Shown: positions 11,530 to 23,698 of the stretch, in pieces
Position numbering within the stretch: position 1 is the stretch's first letter
How the letters are laid out: each line of letters opens with the position of its first letter
Translations under genes and position numbers: made by a program
Origin: Anthoceros angustus
Lineage: Eukaryota > Plantae > Anthocerotophyta
Reading direction: 5' to 3'
NCBI GenBank assembly: GCA_010909165.1
Contig: MU008180.1
Location: 371,884 to 435,883, forward strand
Length of the DNA: 64,000 bases
Notes under the pieces: generated by a model
Seen by the model: the letters and a program-made list of their open reading frames with translations, nothing else
What the model was told of the DNA's origin: nothing
Databases searched by the model: none

Positions 11530-12971
11530 GTGCCACACATCACTCAAACATTTCAGTCCAGTTGCACGCGCCAAAGTGCGCTTGAAATGGTAAGACCGGC
11601 GAGGAATCGACAAATCCCAAAGATTCGATGTCCGTGTCCGGATTGCCGGCCCTTCAACCGCACTGTGCGATTCGATATTGCGTTGAGGCATGCCCGACAC
11701 CACAATCTCCCACAACAAATTCAGGTACCATGGCAGTCCTCTCCATTTCAATCACCTCTAGATGACGTCTGGTTCTCGTCACCTGCCCAATTGTCTGCTT
11801 CGCAGGAGCCTTGATGGAGTGGTCACTTTCCGCTTAGTCAAGCACCACGTCCAGCACCAGCTCCAGCTGGTGTTGATCGGCTGCGGGTGCAAGCTTACGG
11901 GAATGGTGAAGAGGCCCACGTTGACCTCGGAGAACAGGAAGATCAGACTGAAGATGACATCGCAAGGCCAGAAATGGATATTGCAGATGATGCTCATGAG
12001 CCTGGAGGAGTAGAAGCTATGCACAACTTCGTTCAGTCCTTGCCGACGAATGGCATGATGCCTTGCGTAAGGAATCGGAGGTTATATGGCGTTCACGGGC
12101 CTGGGAGTGACCAAAGCACCTTATCATCAACCACGGCGCTCCTTCAAGTGCAAGAGTGTTACAATATCTCGAGACTGCAATGTCTAGAATTTTCAGTCAT
12201 CGACATCTTTGTTGCCATCTCCAAACACTCTACCGAAGTCGGCAAGAGGCGAATAAACTATTGCTCCAAGTGTCACGATCACGTGTTCGGATCGCCTCTG
12301 TCCCAAAGGCGTAGCATATCTTGGGGTGCACATCAAGGCGCTAGTTTACGCCCTTTCGCCTCAACGCACCGCGACCGGTATTGGAAGGAGCTTGCGATTC
12401 AGGAAAAGTTTTGGTACTTTCCATTAATTGGCGCTGAGGCGCATTTTGATGTCCCAAGCTAGCACGGACATGACATGGTGGGCTAGGAATCGCGGCGAGG
12501 ATGGGAAAATGAGGATCTTGGGGACACAGCACAGAGAACTTTGGACTCCGTTGGAAATTTTAGTGCGGATGACCGAAATGTGAGGCTTAGCATTTCCACC
12601 GATGGCATGAACCCTAGCGGACGGTCTAATTCCAAGTCTATCGGCGGTGATGCTTGTCATTGAGAATCTCCCACCACAGGTTTCGACAAAGAAACACCGC
12701 ATTATCCTATCAACCATTATTCCAGGGCCTCGCCAAGTACCAAATATGGACATCTACCTGCAGCCTCTAATCTCCGAATTGCAGCAGTTATGGGACGGTG
12801 TGCCTTGTGAGGATTTTTCTAGGCCTGTGGGCGATGTACACCGGATATTCAATCTGCGGGCAGCATTGGTTGTGGCAACTTGCGACTACCCCGGATTGGG
12901 TTCGCTTTTCGGCTTGCAAGTACGCGGGAAAGCTACCTGCATTGATTGTGGGCTTCAGCTAGGTGCAAGAA
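11530..12971 (+). pseudogene. CACTA TnpD transposase, N-terminal half (transposase-associated domain + Tnp2)
   Basis: KIRCPCPDC, FWYFPLI, DRNVRLSISTDGMNP, ENLPP..IILSTIIPGPRQVPNMDIYLQPLISELQQLW, ATCDYPG, KATCIDC. Confidence 0.87.
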
Positions 12972-12990
12972 CAGTGTTTCTCAGCATAGG
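12972..12990 (+). repeat. Putative hAT-like TIR (left); partner at 17626-17645 in the same orientation
   Basis: cagtgtttctcagcata (12972) vs catcgtctctcagcata (17626), 14/17 identical. Each lies exactly at a transposase breakpoint next to an 8-bp TSD-like sequence (tgcaagaa / revcomp ttcaagat). Confidence 0.5.
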
Positions 12991-13399
12991 GGTTTGTCTC
13001 CGAACCCCATTTTGGCCCCAACCATACAGAAATGCACATGTCTCATTTCACTGTTTTCAGTGATTTGCGAACCAGCCCATGCATCCGAGCCCAAAGAAGA
13101 CCTAATGTGCCCACCGTCCGCACAAATGACGGACACACCTTTGTACCAAGTGGCGGATGGTGGCGCACTTATGCTCCAAAAGTGCCGAGCGTCCGGCCTT
13201 ATACTCAAGAGGTGCAATACACGGGTTTGGAGAGGGTTGCGTCAATACTTGTGTAGGCAAGCACTTTCGTTCAAGTTGCTTGTGCACACTTGCCACCGCA
13301 CCAACACTCATATCAATTCTCTTTTCAAACCCGTGATCCGAGCAATCCCAGACGGCGGGCATACCACGACTGGCCCCTCCGTGTCGAGATAAGCCGCAC

Positions 13400-15600
13400 T
13401 TAGATCAGAGCATTAGGCCCAGCGGGCGAGAATTGGACAAGATAAAGGATGGTGAGGCCTCCTCAACCGTTCTTGATCAAACTCTTCAGAGCTTACATTT
13501 CTTCTTGTCAAGTCCGTACTGTTTTCAACCTTAATCTATCCATGGGTGGCACATGGAGCAAGTCAGATCTTAAATTCAAAATCTCCTGGCGAAGCTTGGC
13601 TATAGTTCGTCTCTGAACACCTAGCTGCGCAATAGCTGTTGTGGGCGTCACAGTGGGTATAGACATGTCCTCCTTCAAAGCCTCACTGAAATACTCAGCC
13701 ATTTGGTCAAAACCCCCAGCTCGGGCGACCAGCCCTCTTTCTTCAGATACTCGCTGGCTCTCACTAGGGCTCGCAGTGGCCAAGCAGATGCTGTCTTATA
13801 CTTGTGTTCGACTACATCCGACAGGCTTTCATTACTCAAGGACAAATCATCTATTCTATTTATTTTCTTGCTTCTCTGCAAAACATTGTGAAACATTGTC
13901 GTCTTCAAAAGGTTGGCCATTAGAAACCACCATCATACATGTCGAATTTTGGAAAATGTAGGTCATCTAGAAACCAAGGTGCACGCTGCACCAGTCCCCT
14001 TCACCTTTTGTGGGAAGAACCCCCCACCTTGTCTTGAAGGCCTTGCGGAGGTCAGTGGCGCCACCCCGGCCATATGGATTGCACCCACCACCATCGTTCT
14101 TCTTCATCCGAGCCTCCGTTGCTGTGGCCTGTTGAGGGCGAGGCCAAACACCATTGCCGCGGTCCAGCTCTCGAACTCCGAACTGAACGCACTCGGTCCA
14201 TGCCTCCTCTGTCAGAGACCCAAGTCTCAAATCTCGATCATGGGTCCCTCCTTTCCGCATTTGCGCTGCAGCAACCTTGACTCTCTTCAACACTTGGAAG
14301 TTGCGCTGCCGAGCACAAACAGACAGCTTGTGATGGATGAAATCTCTATTGGTGACCGTCGGGAAAGACCTCACCTGACATCCACCATCTCGGCCTGACG
14401 AGGCGAGGCGAATCGATCGTGTATGGCTTCAACAATTTCAGACAACTCTGAACCAGCTCATTAACCCTTTTGTGGAACCCCGACTTGTCGATCGGGGTGA
14501 GGACACCGAAAATTGCACACTCATCCGCATGTGCGCCCCTTGACAAGGTGGCTGCCTCACAGCTCAGACGAGTTGCCTCCAACAGCAACTTGTCACTCCC
14601 GTGCACCTTAATCACAGTCTTCAGCACATCCGTCAGTGTAAGAGTTGGCATAATGTTCAGCAAAGCTTGCACACAAGGCTCTGGTTCGGGCACTTTTCCT
14701 CCGACAGCCTCAAAACGCCTCCAAGTGATGGCCTCTAGGTCCTCCTCACCGACTTCCTCTCCCACGTCCCCACCACCTACCCCGGTGTTGTGCCTCCTCG
14801 TAAGGGGAACCATCCTCACTGTCTTCATACTCTTGCGCCCAAGTTAGGAGTCCTTCAACCCACTCCCTCATGTCGGCATCTTCTCCTCCCGTCTTCCAAA
14901 ACACAAGACTCTTCCTGCCAGAAACAAGATTGGAGGATCATGAGTAGGGTCTGAGCCTGAAATGCGTGCACGCAGGTACTAGACATTTCGGATAATCGGG
15001 TTCCTAGCACTGCTGTCTCCCGTAGCGCCCCTCCATCGTTGCCAGTCTGCATGCTCGTCCTCCAACGATGCCCCATTCGCAAATGCCCGGTTTGCGTGGT
15101 CATCTGCCGGTCGCGTTCCATGCACACCAATCGGGATGACACGCCTGGCGTGACAAGTCTGCACACGCTCGTCCAGACTTCCGGCAAGCCCATTGCTTCC
15201 CTCTCCAGCCTGTGCCACGACCCCATCGTGGGTTTTTCCCGCCAACACCGCCACGTGAGCGGCCGGTGTACCAGACCGGTGTGATAGGCGGGGTATGACG
15301 ACCGGGTTGTCAGATCCCAGTTCACCCACTGACATCTTGTCTGGCATATGTGCTGACAATGACACGCTCGGTGACAATCGTCGATTCGCGGCATGGCGGC
15401 GAGCTTTTAGATCCGCATGTTTGGTCGCAGATAGTCGGGCGCGGAGAGTGATGGCCTCTAAACTCCGACGTAGCTCTGCAGCCCGTGCACGCTTCTCTCG
15501 ACCGTCTTGGGTGGAGGCTGACCATGTCACAGCGCCAGCGCTCAGTAGCCTTGGGTGATTCATCTCCCTCCCCTTGCGGTCATCTCCCATCTTCTGTTCC
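13400..15600 (-). other. Fragmented, probably spliced ORFs downstream of inverted TnpD (candidate CACTA second/TnpA-like gene)
   Basis: Several consecutive minus-strand ORFs (13508-13920, 13967-14374, 14346-14828) follow TnpD in the position of a second CACTA gene. No motif recognised. Confidence 0.33.
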
Positions 15601-15757
15601 TTAGGCAGATGAAAATGTAGACTCCACCTTCAACGCGGACAATGAACAATGGACGACACAGGCATCGCCGGCAAGACATCAGGCATGCTTGCTTTATTAA
15701 TCATTGCAGTGAAGCATAAGAACTAGGCGTCTGAGCGTGAGGACAACTCAAGTGTAG

Positions 15758-17623
15758 CTACCTTCTATTCAGGTGTACCCCTACACAAAATAAAGTCTGT
15801 GGATAGGCCTTCTTCTTGCATGGTACAGTCTTGAGAGGGACAGCGCAGTCCACGTACAACAGCCGGCACGTGCTGTCATCGAAGACTGCACTACTCCGAC
15901 TCAAATGAAGACCGATCCCACCTAGCATGCACAGGAGTGCATACAACCCAGGGCTCACGATTCGGCATGACGTCCCTGTGAGCGAAAACCTGTGTGACAT
16001 GTGCAGGAAATGTATAAGGCCCCATCTTGTGATTGCGGGCATACCGTAGGGCTGCCTCGTGTCGACTGCCCAGAACCCGCAAAAATCTCTCTCCATACTC
16101 GGTGGAACCCTGGTTAGGGAGCATTCGTACCAGTGCACATTAAGGACAATGGTACTGAAATTGCCTTCCTCACATTCTACGTCCAGGATCTCAATAATTC
16201 TTCCAAAGAATTCGGCCTTCTCAATTGAGCCCACCATGTCAAATTCGCCATGTACCCAACTGTCCTGTGTCGAAGTTTTGTTCTCATCGGCTTCGAACGT
16301 TCGGAAGTGATAACCGCGCGTGTTCAGGCCCCTATATGCCTTCTGTTTTTCCCGCGGCCCGAAGGCCAGTGCATGGATGTCGGAATGAATGGGACCCATA
16401 GCCCACTTCCCCCTTCTCACACCATCCTGCAACCATGTCAGAAAGTCCTCATCTGTCGTCTGTAATGCATGCTCCGCTCTCAATGGCGATAAAACTTCGG
16501 AATGCTGTAACAAATACCAGTGTAAACGCCTTCGAGCATCCACCCCAAGCTTTAATGTCCTGCCTTGCCCGATGGTGTGGTCTACTTCCTCGAAACCAGG
16601 AACTACCTCAGACACATGTGCTTCGTCTTGGTTGATTCCATCCATAAACTCCGAGGCATAGTGCATAGCCTCCATGGCCAGATATCCGGTTGCAATAGAA
16701 CCCTCGGGTTTGGCGCGTTGGCGCACATGTTTCTTAAGCACAAGTAGGTACCGCTCCATCGGGTACATCCACCGCGTGTGTACTGGGCCATGTGTTTCCA
16801 CTTCATCCACAAGATGGATAATGAGGTGTTGCATAACATTCCAGAATGTCGAAGGCATGAACTGCTCTAGCTTGATGAAGATGTCGATAACCTCTGCCTT
16901 TTTCGTCGGGATATCGGACACAGAAATCTCTTTGCCATATATCCATCTGTACAAACCTGCCAATTGGGTGATGACATTTAACTCCTGTGGTGGGAGCCTC
17001 CCTCGCAATGCTATGGGCAAGTAGTACTGCATCAAACTATGCCAATCGTGACTTTTCATGCCAGTAACCTTGGGACCGGTAAAACATCCTTTCAAATTTG
17101 CACCGAAAGCAGTTGGCGGCTTCATGTCGCAAATCTCATCCTTCACGGCTGTAAGTCCGGTGGTGAAAGGACGTCACGGTCGATGGCGGTGTTGAATCTC
17201 TCCTCCTCAACCACCCACACCCATGGCTTACGTCACTCTCTTCCATATCAAACTGCTTGTGGATGGTGTCGCCTAACCCACTTAATGTGCCCCAAATAGC
17301 TTTGCAGTTGTTGGCCTCCACGTGCATAACGTCTTTGACCCACAGCTTACGGGTAAGGCTGAGATAAGGCAATGAACGCAAAATGAGGGAGTGTCGTTTC
17401 ACTGCCCATGTTTGCGGTCGGGCCCGCTCCTGGGCGGCTAAGGCTGCCCATGACTCCCTCTCGGCCATGACATCTATCACGGAACGAGGCACGGGCGCTG
17501 CACGCTGCTCAACCTGATTGTTGAATGCCTCAATATGCATCCTACGGCGCGGGTCGTTCGGAGAAGGGCACCATCGTCGACAGCCTTCGTACAGGCACTT
17601 CTCCAATTCCTGAGACCATCTTG
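15758..17623 (-). pseudogene. CACTA TnpD transposase, C-terminal half (DUF4218/DUF4216 region), inverted
   Basis: KCLYEGCRRW, DVMHVEAN, GMKSHDWHSLMQYYLPIALR, HLIIHLVDEV..HGPVHTRWMYPMERYLLVLKKHVRQRAKPEGSIA, YRGLNTRGYHF. Confidence 0.9.
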
Positions 17624-17929
17624 AACATCGTCTCTCAGCATAAGGATTATTCTCCATTAAAGGGGTTTGGGTCTCTAAAGACCAAAAAATGACCATGCAT
17701 CATCTTTAGCAAAACCACGCTTTAGACATTGTACTACATTTTCTCGTGAATACTTACGCTAACAGGGTTTAAGCCGAAGCAGGTTCGTGGATTTCACCTT
17801 CACAAGGAAGGGATTTCAAGGATTTTTAACAGGTGCTAGGAATCCTAAATACCTCTTTCGCAGGCGATAGTACTTCCTAGCAGGGTGAACAGTGGGCAAA
17901 CCAAACAAAACTAGTCCAAAAGCCAAGCT

Positions 17930-18298
17930 GCGCCGGACGTCCGGCGCAACCAACATAAAAGTAGCAATTAAGCCGAAAAGAAGCAAGCTGCGCCGGACGT
18001 CCGCAATTGTGAAGAACATTAGCAAAATGGCGATCATGGCCATCTCGAGAGGACCAAACTACGACTCTAGAAAGTAGCGATGGACGTCTGGTGCATTGTG
18101 AGTACACAACCCTGGGATCTCCATTGTTGGAGTGAAAAACAGAGTGAAAAACACATAAGGAATTGGAGCAATGCGCCGGACATTCGGCACATTGGCGGGA
18201 GCCTGCGCCGGACGTCCGGCGCATTTTCTGGAGACCCCAATCTTGCGGGCGTCCGCCGAGATGGAAATGGTGGAGTGGATGCGCCGGACGTCCGGCGC
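17930..18298. repeat. Dispersed array of the 18-bp perfect palindrome GCGCCGGACGTCCGGCGC
   Basis: Perfect copies at 17930, 18205 and 18281; partial or degenerate copies at 17990, 18173 and ~18245. Confidence 0.9.
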
Positions 18299-18492
18299 AC
18301 ATCTATATATATTGTTTGTACCACGTAGAACCATCTGTTCGGGATAGGTGCAGATAGACTCTATGGCAGAAGAACTCCAAGATTAAGCGCCCCAGTGTCG
18401 GATCAGTACCCAAATGGGGTGCTTGATTGTGGTGTTTTCAGAACTTTATAGTTAAGTATTCTTGGGTCGGATTAGTACTAGGATGGTTTACT

Positions 18493-18581
18493 TATTTTTG
18501 GCGCTTTGAAAACTTTGTAACAACTCCACTGTTAAGGTATTTTTGGCGCTTTGAAAACTTTGTAACAACTCCACTGTTAAG
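18493..18581 (+). repeat. 45-bp tandem repeat x2
   Basis: tatttttggcgctttgaaaactttgtaacaactccactgttaag occurs twice. Confidence 0.88.
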
Positions 18582-19135
18582 CAACCTAGAGGCATATCAA
18601 TACTGGAGTGTTGATTTTTAGTGGTTTGAAAAATTTGTAAATCATCCCGGTATCTAGGCGTAATGTTATGAATATTATTTTTGAAAATCATTTGTTGGTT
18701 GATGTTATATTCCCACATTCGCTTTGTATACAATATGTAAAACATTTTTGGCCTTACTCTATGTGCCCCTTCCGATGACTTGCAGCTGGATCTCTTTGAC
18801 TGGTGCGCCAAATGTCTGGCTCATTCGAGTTTGATGCACGTATAGATGCATACGGTGTTGATGCCATCCAAGCTTATAGGGATGCGCAATTGAAGAAGAC
18901 GCATGAAAACAATTTGGAGGCAGGTTTGTAGAACACGTGCATTTCTAGCCATTTCAGTTCTTCCAAGGGTTCTTCTCATTTCGTAAAGTCGCGGCCTCGT
19001 CTGGGGCCTCGACGCGCCCAGTTGGTTTTTTTTCAGGGCCAAAAGGGTAAAACGAAGAGAGAGAATTTTTCGATTGGTAAAAAGTTTTTACTGAATAAGG
19101 TGGAAATTGTAACAATAGAGTAGAAAGCATAGACT

Positions 19136-19300
19136 GATGGATGGAAACATTTTACCATCCAAGTCAAAACTAGAACAGGAGGGTAAAGAATGGATCAACC
19201 AAGTGAATATAGAGTAAAAACGTAGGCGATGAATGGAAACATTTTACCATCCAAATCAAAACTAGAACAAGAGGTAAAGAATGATCACCAAGTGAATAGC
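19136..19300 (+). repeat. ~92-bp tandem repeat x2
   Basis: gatg(g/a)atggaaacattttaccatccaa... at 19136 and 19228. Confidence 0.85.
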
Positions 19301-20304
19301 AAGTGAAGCTGAAATACCATGGTAGATTGTAATCTGAGGCCTAGTAATTCCAACACAATCGCTAATCTGGCAAGAAACATCTTCATTATACCATTCATGC
19401 GGATCCGGGATATACAAAAACCAACAAAGAAATATCATCTTTGCAAAGTTTCCTGTATATCCGTAATTGCATGAATTCAAAATAACAGAAAATAGAGAAA
19501 ATACCAGAATAGTTGATCCTCCTTATTCAAATTACAAATCTACATATACAAAGTAAATTAGGCTTGTAACCAATTAGATGATTCGGAATAGAAAAGAAAA
19601 GTTCATTAGAAAAGATTCCCACCTTATTTTGGAAAATTGATGTACAATTGTAGAGATTGAAGACATAGTTTCCAAGACCACTTGGTTTAACGGGCAACTT
19701 GTCCAACATTATCATAGTTTGCCGTTGATGAACTGGGGCTTTGGAGAAATTCTTCATCTTCACGAAAGTTGAGAACCTAATCAAACATTACCGTCTTAGT
19801 CTACTAAAGTAAAATTAGCGATCAAAATCAAGGGAACAATTAAATCAACTTACTTATATGGTTTTCCATGGATGGAAGTGGAGGCGCCTGGAGTGACTGT
19901 AACATTGTCAATAGTTTGCTTCTGCTGCCTTTCCCACTGCAATCTTCGCATTTCCTGTTGCTCCTTTTGCTGCTGTTTGAGTTTTTCCTGCTGTTTGAAA
20001 TACTCTTGCCTCCTTTCGACATTTTTTCTCCTTTGGATCTCCAAAGCTTTCTCTCTTTGCTTGGAAACTCGGTTGTACTTTCTCATTGCTCAATCAATGA
20101 TTCTAAACTGCTTGCCGTTGAAATTCCCTTTTCGATTCTCCTGTCATTCTCCCTTTCTCGGGTAATCTCGGCAAGACGCTCAAACCCGCTTGAACCACCC
20201 TTCTCAACCCCATGCCGCTCTACCATATCCAAAGCTATAGGCGTGTCTCCACAATCCTTCCTGTTGCACTTCCGCCTCAAGTCTCACCACAATGACTTGG
20301 CACA

Positions 20305-21912
20305 GGCCTCCAATCGAGGAGGCATCACCTCCACCACACTCGTGGCACCATCAATGTTGAAATGAGGAACCGAAATGCTCGTCAAAACTAGTGGTCAAAA
20401 CTAGTGGTGGGGCTAATACTCGCCAAAGAAACATAGAATCGACAAACACAATAAGAGAATGAAGGATGAAACTTAAACCACCTTTACACTTAACCTTTTC
20501 AACATGTCGATGTTGAATACACCCGAGTTGGTCTGCGTTGTCAATCAAGATCTTTAACACTACTTTCGGCACTTGGACAGCTTCCAAAGCTTCACAATCT
20601 GGAACGCAAACAACAACAAACATTGTATGAAATATTGGGTGCAAACCAGCAAGGAGAACCAAAATACAACAGAAGATACTAACCGGTCCAGGTCTTGACA
20701 AAGGGCCCTGCTTTCATGGTGGATAGCAAGGGTGGTAACAGTTGGCAACGCCTGGCAACAAAAAGCATCAAAAAAAAAGTCAAATACCAATCAGCAAAAG
20801 AAGAAAAGAAACAAACCTTCCGAAACCAAAACGACTCATGGAATGCTTACACAGGCCTCCAACTGAGAAGGCATCACCTCCACGACACTCAGGGCACCAT
20901 CAATGTTGAAATGAGGACCTGAAATGCTCGTCAAACTAGTGGCTGACACAGCATCTTTAGTGGTGGGGCTAATACTCTGCCAGCAAACATAGAATCAGAC
21001 AAACACAATAAGAGAATGAAGGATAAAACTTAAACCACCTTTACACTTAACCTTTTCAACATGTCGATGTTGAATACACCGAGTTGGTCTGTTGTCAATC
21101 AAGATCTTTAACACTACTTCGCACTTGGACTTCCAAAGCTTCACAATCTGGAACGCAAACAACAACAAACATTGCATGAAATATTGGGTGCAAACCAGCA
21201 AGGAGGACGAAAATACAACAGAAGATACTAACCGGTCCAGTCTTGACAAAGGGGCCCCGCTTTCATGGTGGATAGCAAGGGTGGTAACATTGGCAACACA
21301 GCAACAAAAAGCAACAAAAAGTCAAATACCAATCAGCAAAAGAAGAAAAGAAACAAACCTTCGACACCAAAACGACTCATAAAATGCTTACAGCCTCCAA
21401 GCGAGGAGGCATCACCTCCACCACACTAGGCACCATCAATGTTGAACGAGGACCAAATGCTCGTCAAACTAGTGGCGACAGATCTTTAGTGGTGGGGCTA
21501 ATACTCTGCCGACAAACATAGAATCGAGACACAATAAGAGAATGAAGGATAAAACTTAAACCACCTTTACACTTAACCTTTTCAACATGTCGATGTTGAA
21601 TACACCCGAGTTGGTCTGCTTGTCAATCAAGATCTTTAACACTACTTCGGCACTTGGACAGCTTCCAAAGCTTCACAATCTGGGCGCAAACAACAACAAA
21701 CATTGCATGAAATATTGGGTGCAAACCAAGGAGGACGAAAATACAACAAGATACTAACCGGTCCAGTCGACAAAGGGGCCTGCTTTCATGGTGGATAGCA
21801 AGGGTGGTAACATTGGCAACACGCAACAAAAAGCAACAAAAAGAATCAAATACCAATCGAAAAGATTAAAAGAAACAAACCTTGAAACCAAAACGACTCA
21901 TGGAATGCTTAC
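20305..21912 (+). repeat. ~540-bp tandem triplication
   Basis: Units begin (g)gcctccaa..gaggcatcacctccac at ~20305, ~20854 and ~21393. Copies differ mainly by small indels. Confidence 0.9.
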
Positions 21913-22138
21913 GCTGAACTTGTAGGCAACATTGAGCACAAGCCTATGCACAACAAATTCTTAACATCAGCATCCTTTACAGTAGAATCATAATCTTCTC
22001 AGCGAAAATCACTCCCTTCATGGTAGAAAATACTTACATCTTGGTGGAAAAACTATATCCGAGTCCCATTGACAACAAGCGGAAGCACACCGCAAGTCAT
22101 CCGCATCCGATCGAGTTCTTCATTGAGCAACTCATTGT

Positions 22139-23698
22139 ATGATCTTCTTTCACGAACTAGAACCCCGCTGCCTGCTTTGCTTGCCCGACGGTCATACCGC
22201 AAAGTCCACGATGCAGAGAACACATCATGTCAATAGAAGGCATAAACAAGTTCTGACGGCATCAACAAATAGATCCTACCTTGAAAATCCAGCATCGGTT
22301 TGTGGCGGTGACGCTCGCCAAAGATCGAGGGCACCGAGCCATGGTCACCGTAATCATCGTTACGGCTCTTGTTCGTGTAATACCCATCAAGACCAGCTTC
22401 GCCATTGTCTTCATATATTTTGAGAGCATTCCTTTGGATACCCGGAGTTTTGCATACCAAGCCTACTCAGAGAAAATTAAAGTTAGCACGTCCAATGGAA
22501 CACAAACCTAGAACCCTTATCAAAAGATACTTACATTCGATCTTGGATTATCGATGGGAGAATTGAAAAGAAACCCTTGGATAGATATATTCTTGTCATT
22601 TGCGTCCACTTTGGACAATGGTCAATGACGGCTTTAAATGTTTGAATAACATCCACCTCATAGTTTTTCACTTTTGGCGGAAGTGCTCACTCGTAGTTGC
22701 ATATCAACTTTGTAATTCTTGAATGTCGTTCCTCGTATCTGCGAGGCAACACAAGGAGGGTATTACAACACAAACAAGGTATCATACACAGTATTACCAC
22801 ACAACAAAGCATCAATCAAAACATGGACAAACGTCGTACAAAACGCCTCGAATCCAAGAGAATGAGAAGTCCCTGATTAACAGGTTGTGCAATTCCTCCC
22901 CGCCACGTACTCCGAAACGATTCATGCAAAATATGCACACCTATTCAGAAAACACTGAATCGTTAGAAGCAAACAACGAAGTATTGCAAAATGCACACAA
23001 GAAGCTAGGAATCAGAACACAAACCTTTTCTGGGCGCCTCGCCCAAAAGAACATTGATGGTCACTGGGCAAGAATTGTCTCTCATCATCATCGATATCGG
23101 TTTCACCACCTTTTCGACGATACTATACCAAGGTCTTTACTGATTTTCATGGAAGCAACAAGTGCAGCCTGACAACCATTGAACACGCCGTGAAACATAT
23201 TGATCACAGCACATCAGACCCAAGACGGCTTTGCTCCAGAACACACTTCCTTATCAAAATGCGATTGAACCCTCGAAAGAAGGACATCAACCTGCACCAA
23301 TATACGAAATCAGCACATAAAATGAAAAGAAACACAACGGAATAACAGAAAGGGATGAAGACTTACGTTTCAGGAGAGAATCTTGAGTTGTCTTTTAAGT
23401 TCCGAACTTGGTGGAAAAACGGTATCAATATAAGGTTCAAGTCCTTGTGAGGAATGTCCTCTATTGCACTATCCCAACCCCTCACACCACTCACTTTCAT
23501 GAAAGACTTAAGACGACTCCGGCACCAATTATTTTGGCGTTTGGACTTGTCCTCACCACCACTCATTGCATCATTCACGGCTCCCTCAGGAATCGAGGGG
23601 TCAAACCCTTGGTCCCTAAAATGGGCCTCATCTTCAATTTCTTCCATGCCCATAGCAAAATCATCCTCGGGATCAGCAGACCTCATTCTCTCAAACAT
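22139..23698 (-). mobile_element. Crypton-like (DUF3504-type) tyrosine recombinase gene, intron-containing, frameshifted; gene probably extends ~24200 to ~19600
   Basis: Spliced minus-strand reading gives DLNLILIPFFHQVRNLKDNSRFSPET|LMSFFRGFNRIL (intron 23366-23292), then GAQKR|..CMNRFGVRGGEELHNL (intron 23024-22941; RG motif 22919-22890). Next come WYAKLRVSKGMLSKYMKTMA..AGLDGYYTNKS.R (exon 22462-22280), VT(G)HK and LRYDR (Tyr 22196-22194). This is the R..(H/K)xxR..H..Y order of tyrosine recombinases. Confidence 0.85.

Larger units (their letters stand above)
9281..17623. mobile_element. CACTA (En/Spm) DNA transposon inserted in Copia 1; rearranged, 3' TIR not found
   Basis: Starts cactactacaa at 9281 exactly where the Copia pol breaks, with ttatgacg/cgtcataa subterminal motifs. 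TnpD domains are present on both strands (see below). Confidence 0.85.

Noticed and set aside
14979-15590. Numerous 60-200 aa ORFs overlapping TE coding regions on alternative frames or strands
   Set aside because: No motifs; expected shadow ORFs in GC-rich TE sequence.
17930-19300. CRISPR-like interpretation of the palindromes and short tandem repeats
   Set aside because: Spacing is irregular or directly tandem with no unique equal-length spacers, there are no cas genes, and the context is eukaryotic.
22139-23698. DIRS/Ngaro retrotransposon as source of the tyrosine recombinase
   Set aside because: The gene has spliceosomal introns and no linked RT/RNase H in the same unit; its motifs fit Crypton/DUF3504.
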